Shown: in pieces, positions 63,216 to 64,000 of the stretch
Position numbering within the stretch: position 1 is the stretch's first letter
How the letters are laid out: each line of letters begins with the position of its first letter
Source: Pelomyxa schiedti
Lineage: Eukaryota > Protista > Evosea
Direction: 5' to 3'
DNA length: 64,000 nucleotides
NCBI GenBank assembly: GCA_020536535.1
Contig: JAHLWZ010000034.1
Span: forward strand, 10,827 to 74,826
Translations under genes and position numbers: made by a program
The notes under the pieces: generated by a model
The model's database searches: none
The model's input: only the letters and a program-made list of their open reading frames with translations
What the model was told of the DNA's origin: nothing

Positions 63216-64000
63216 AACCGCCGCCGCGACTGCTATTGGTGAAACTACCGACCGGGGCACTTTTTCTTTGCGCCACGTGAAAAACTGTGAGTTGGATAAT
63301 GTGACAGCCAATATAATGGACCGTCCAACACCAGGGAAAAAAAAAAAAAGTGGCACCGCAATAACACACATATGTAGTAGCTTACCACCAACAGAAACCG
63401 CCACACGAATCTAACCATGGTGTCCAGCCGTGATATGTGTGCACCTTACCGACGTTTTTTTTTTTTTTTCTGTTTTATCACCTGCTTTTTTCCGCCAACA
63501 CTTTTCGAACCCTAATCACCTGGTTCCGGTAACTGTAGTCAAAAAGGTTCAAGAGTATAAAAAACATGCACTACAAAACCGCGGGATTCTAGAGTTTCTA
63601 GGGCTCTATTCAAACTTCAGGCACCCATCCCTCCATCTCTCCATTCAATAGCACAAATTCCGATGATTCCGGGACTGTTTCTTGAAGGATTCAACAAGAA
63701 AACATAATTTTCGTTGTTTCCAAAGAAATCGGCAACAGAGAAGGCAGAAACTGGCACTTTTGCCTACTGTTATTGAGGTGTTCTGCGTTTCCAGAAACAG
63801 TGGATAAGAGACCTAATTTCTGGTTGTGATGTTAACCAAGGTACAAATCTCAGAAAGAAGGAATTCAGTGAGGTGTGGCTGAGATCCTAAAAAATACAAA
63901 CAAAAGGGGTACAGAAAGAAGTGGTCAGTGGCTGCTTGTGGTAGATTTAGCCACTTTTGAGGTGCTGGTGGTGAGAAGAACGCTGTTGATTCTTTCAGTG
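63216..64000. repeat. Segment duplicating 53623-53742 and 53843-53963 (CTDNEP1 5' end and RhoGEF 3' end)
   Basis: 63216-63335 matches 53623-53742 and 63880-64000 matches 53843-53963; ATG at 63418 (MVRFVWRFLLV) supplies the missing phosphatase first exon. Confidence 0.9.

Overview
Gene-dense eukaryotic (protist) scaffold window, standard genetic code, many short (~45-55 nt) GT-AG introns, GC-rich low-complexity first exons, tiny intergenic spacers and six 100-N scaffold gaps. Gene content and style suggest a flagellated amoeboid protist, possibly an amoebozoan/archamoeba (inference only). About 27 protein-coding loci can be supported: cathepsin Z, tri-ubiquitin, two F-box proteins, a C2-domain protein, a divergent CDC48 N-terminus, GH42 beta-galactosidase, IQUB/FAP253, a CH-CH-PH protein, an FHA-RING E3, a PQQ-type beta-propeller, an atypical Rab, three B-box paralogues with an unrecognised C-terminal domain, a giant USP9/24/34-like DUB, homoserine dehydrogenase, CCT5, an AIG1-type GTPase, a DNA ligase, a Zn-finger/Ubl fusion, a UBA-NZF protein, a CTDNEP1-like phosphatase, a RhoGEF and Psd2. 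The standout is a PBZ-BRCT-PBZ-SWIM fusion to a minimal bacterial/viral-type ATP-dependent DNA ligase (45178-48109), which looks like a single-chain poly(ADP-ribose)-recruited repair ligase. The last contig (63216-64000) duplicates both flanks of the gap at 53743-53842 and probably fills it. Exon boundaries were inferred by eye, so internal coordinates are approximate.
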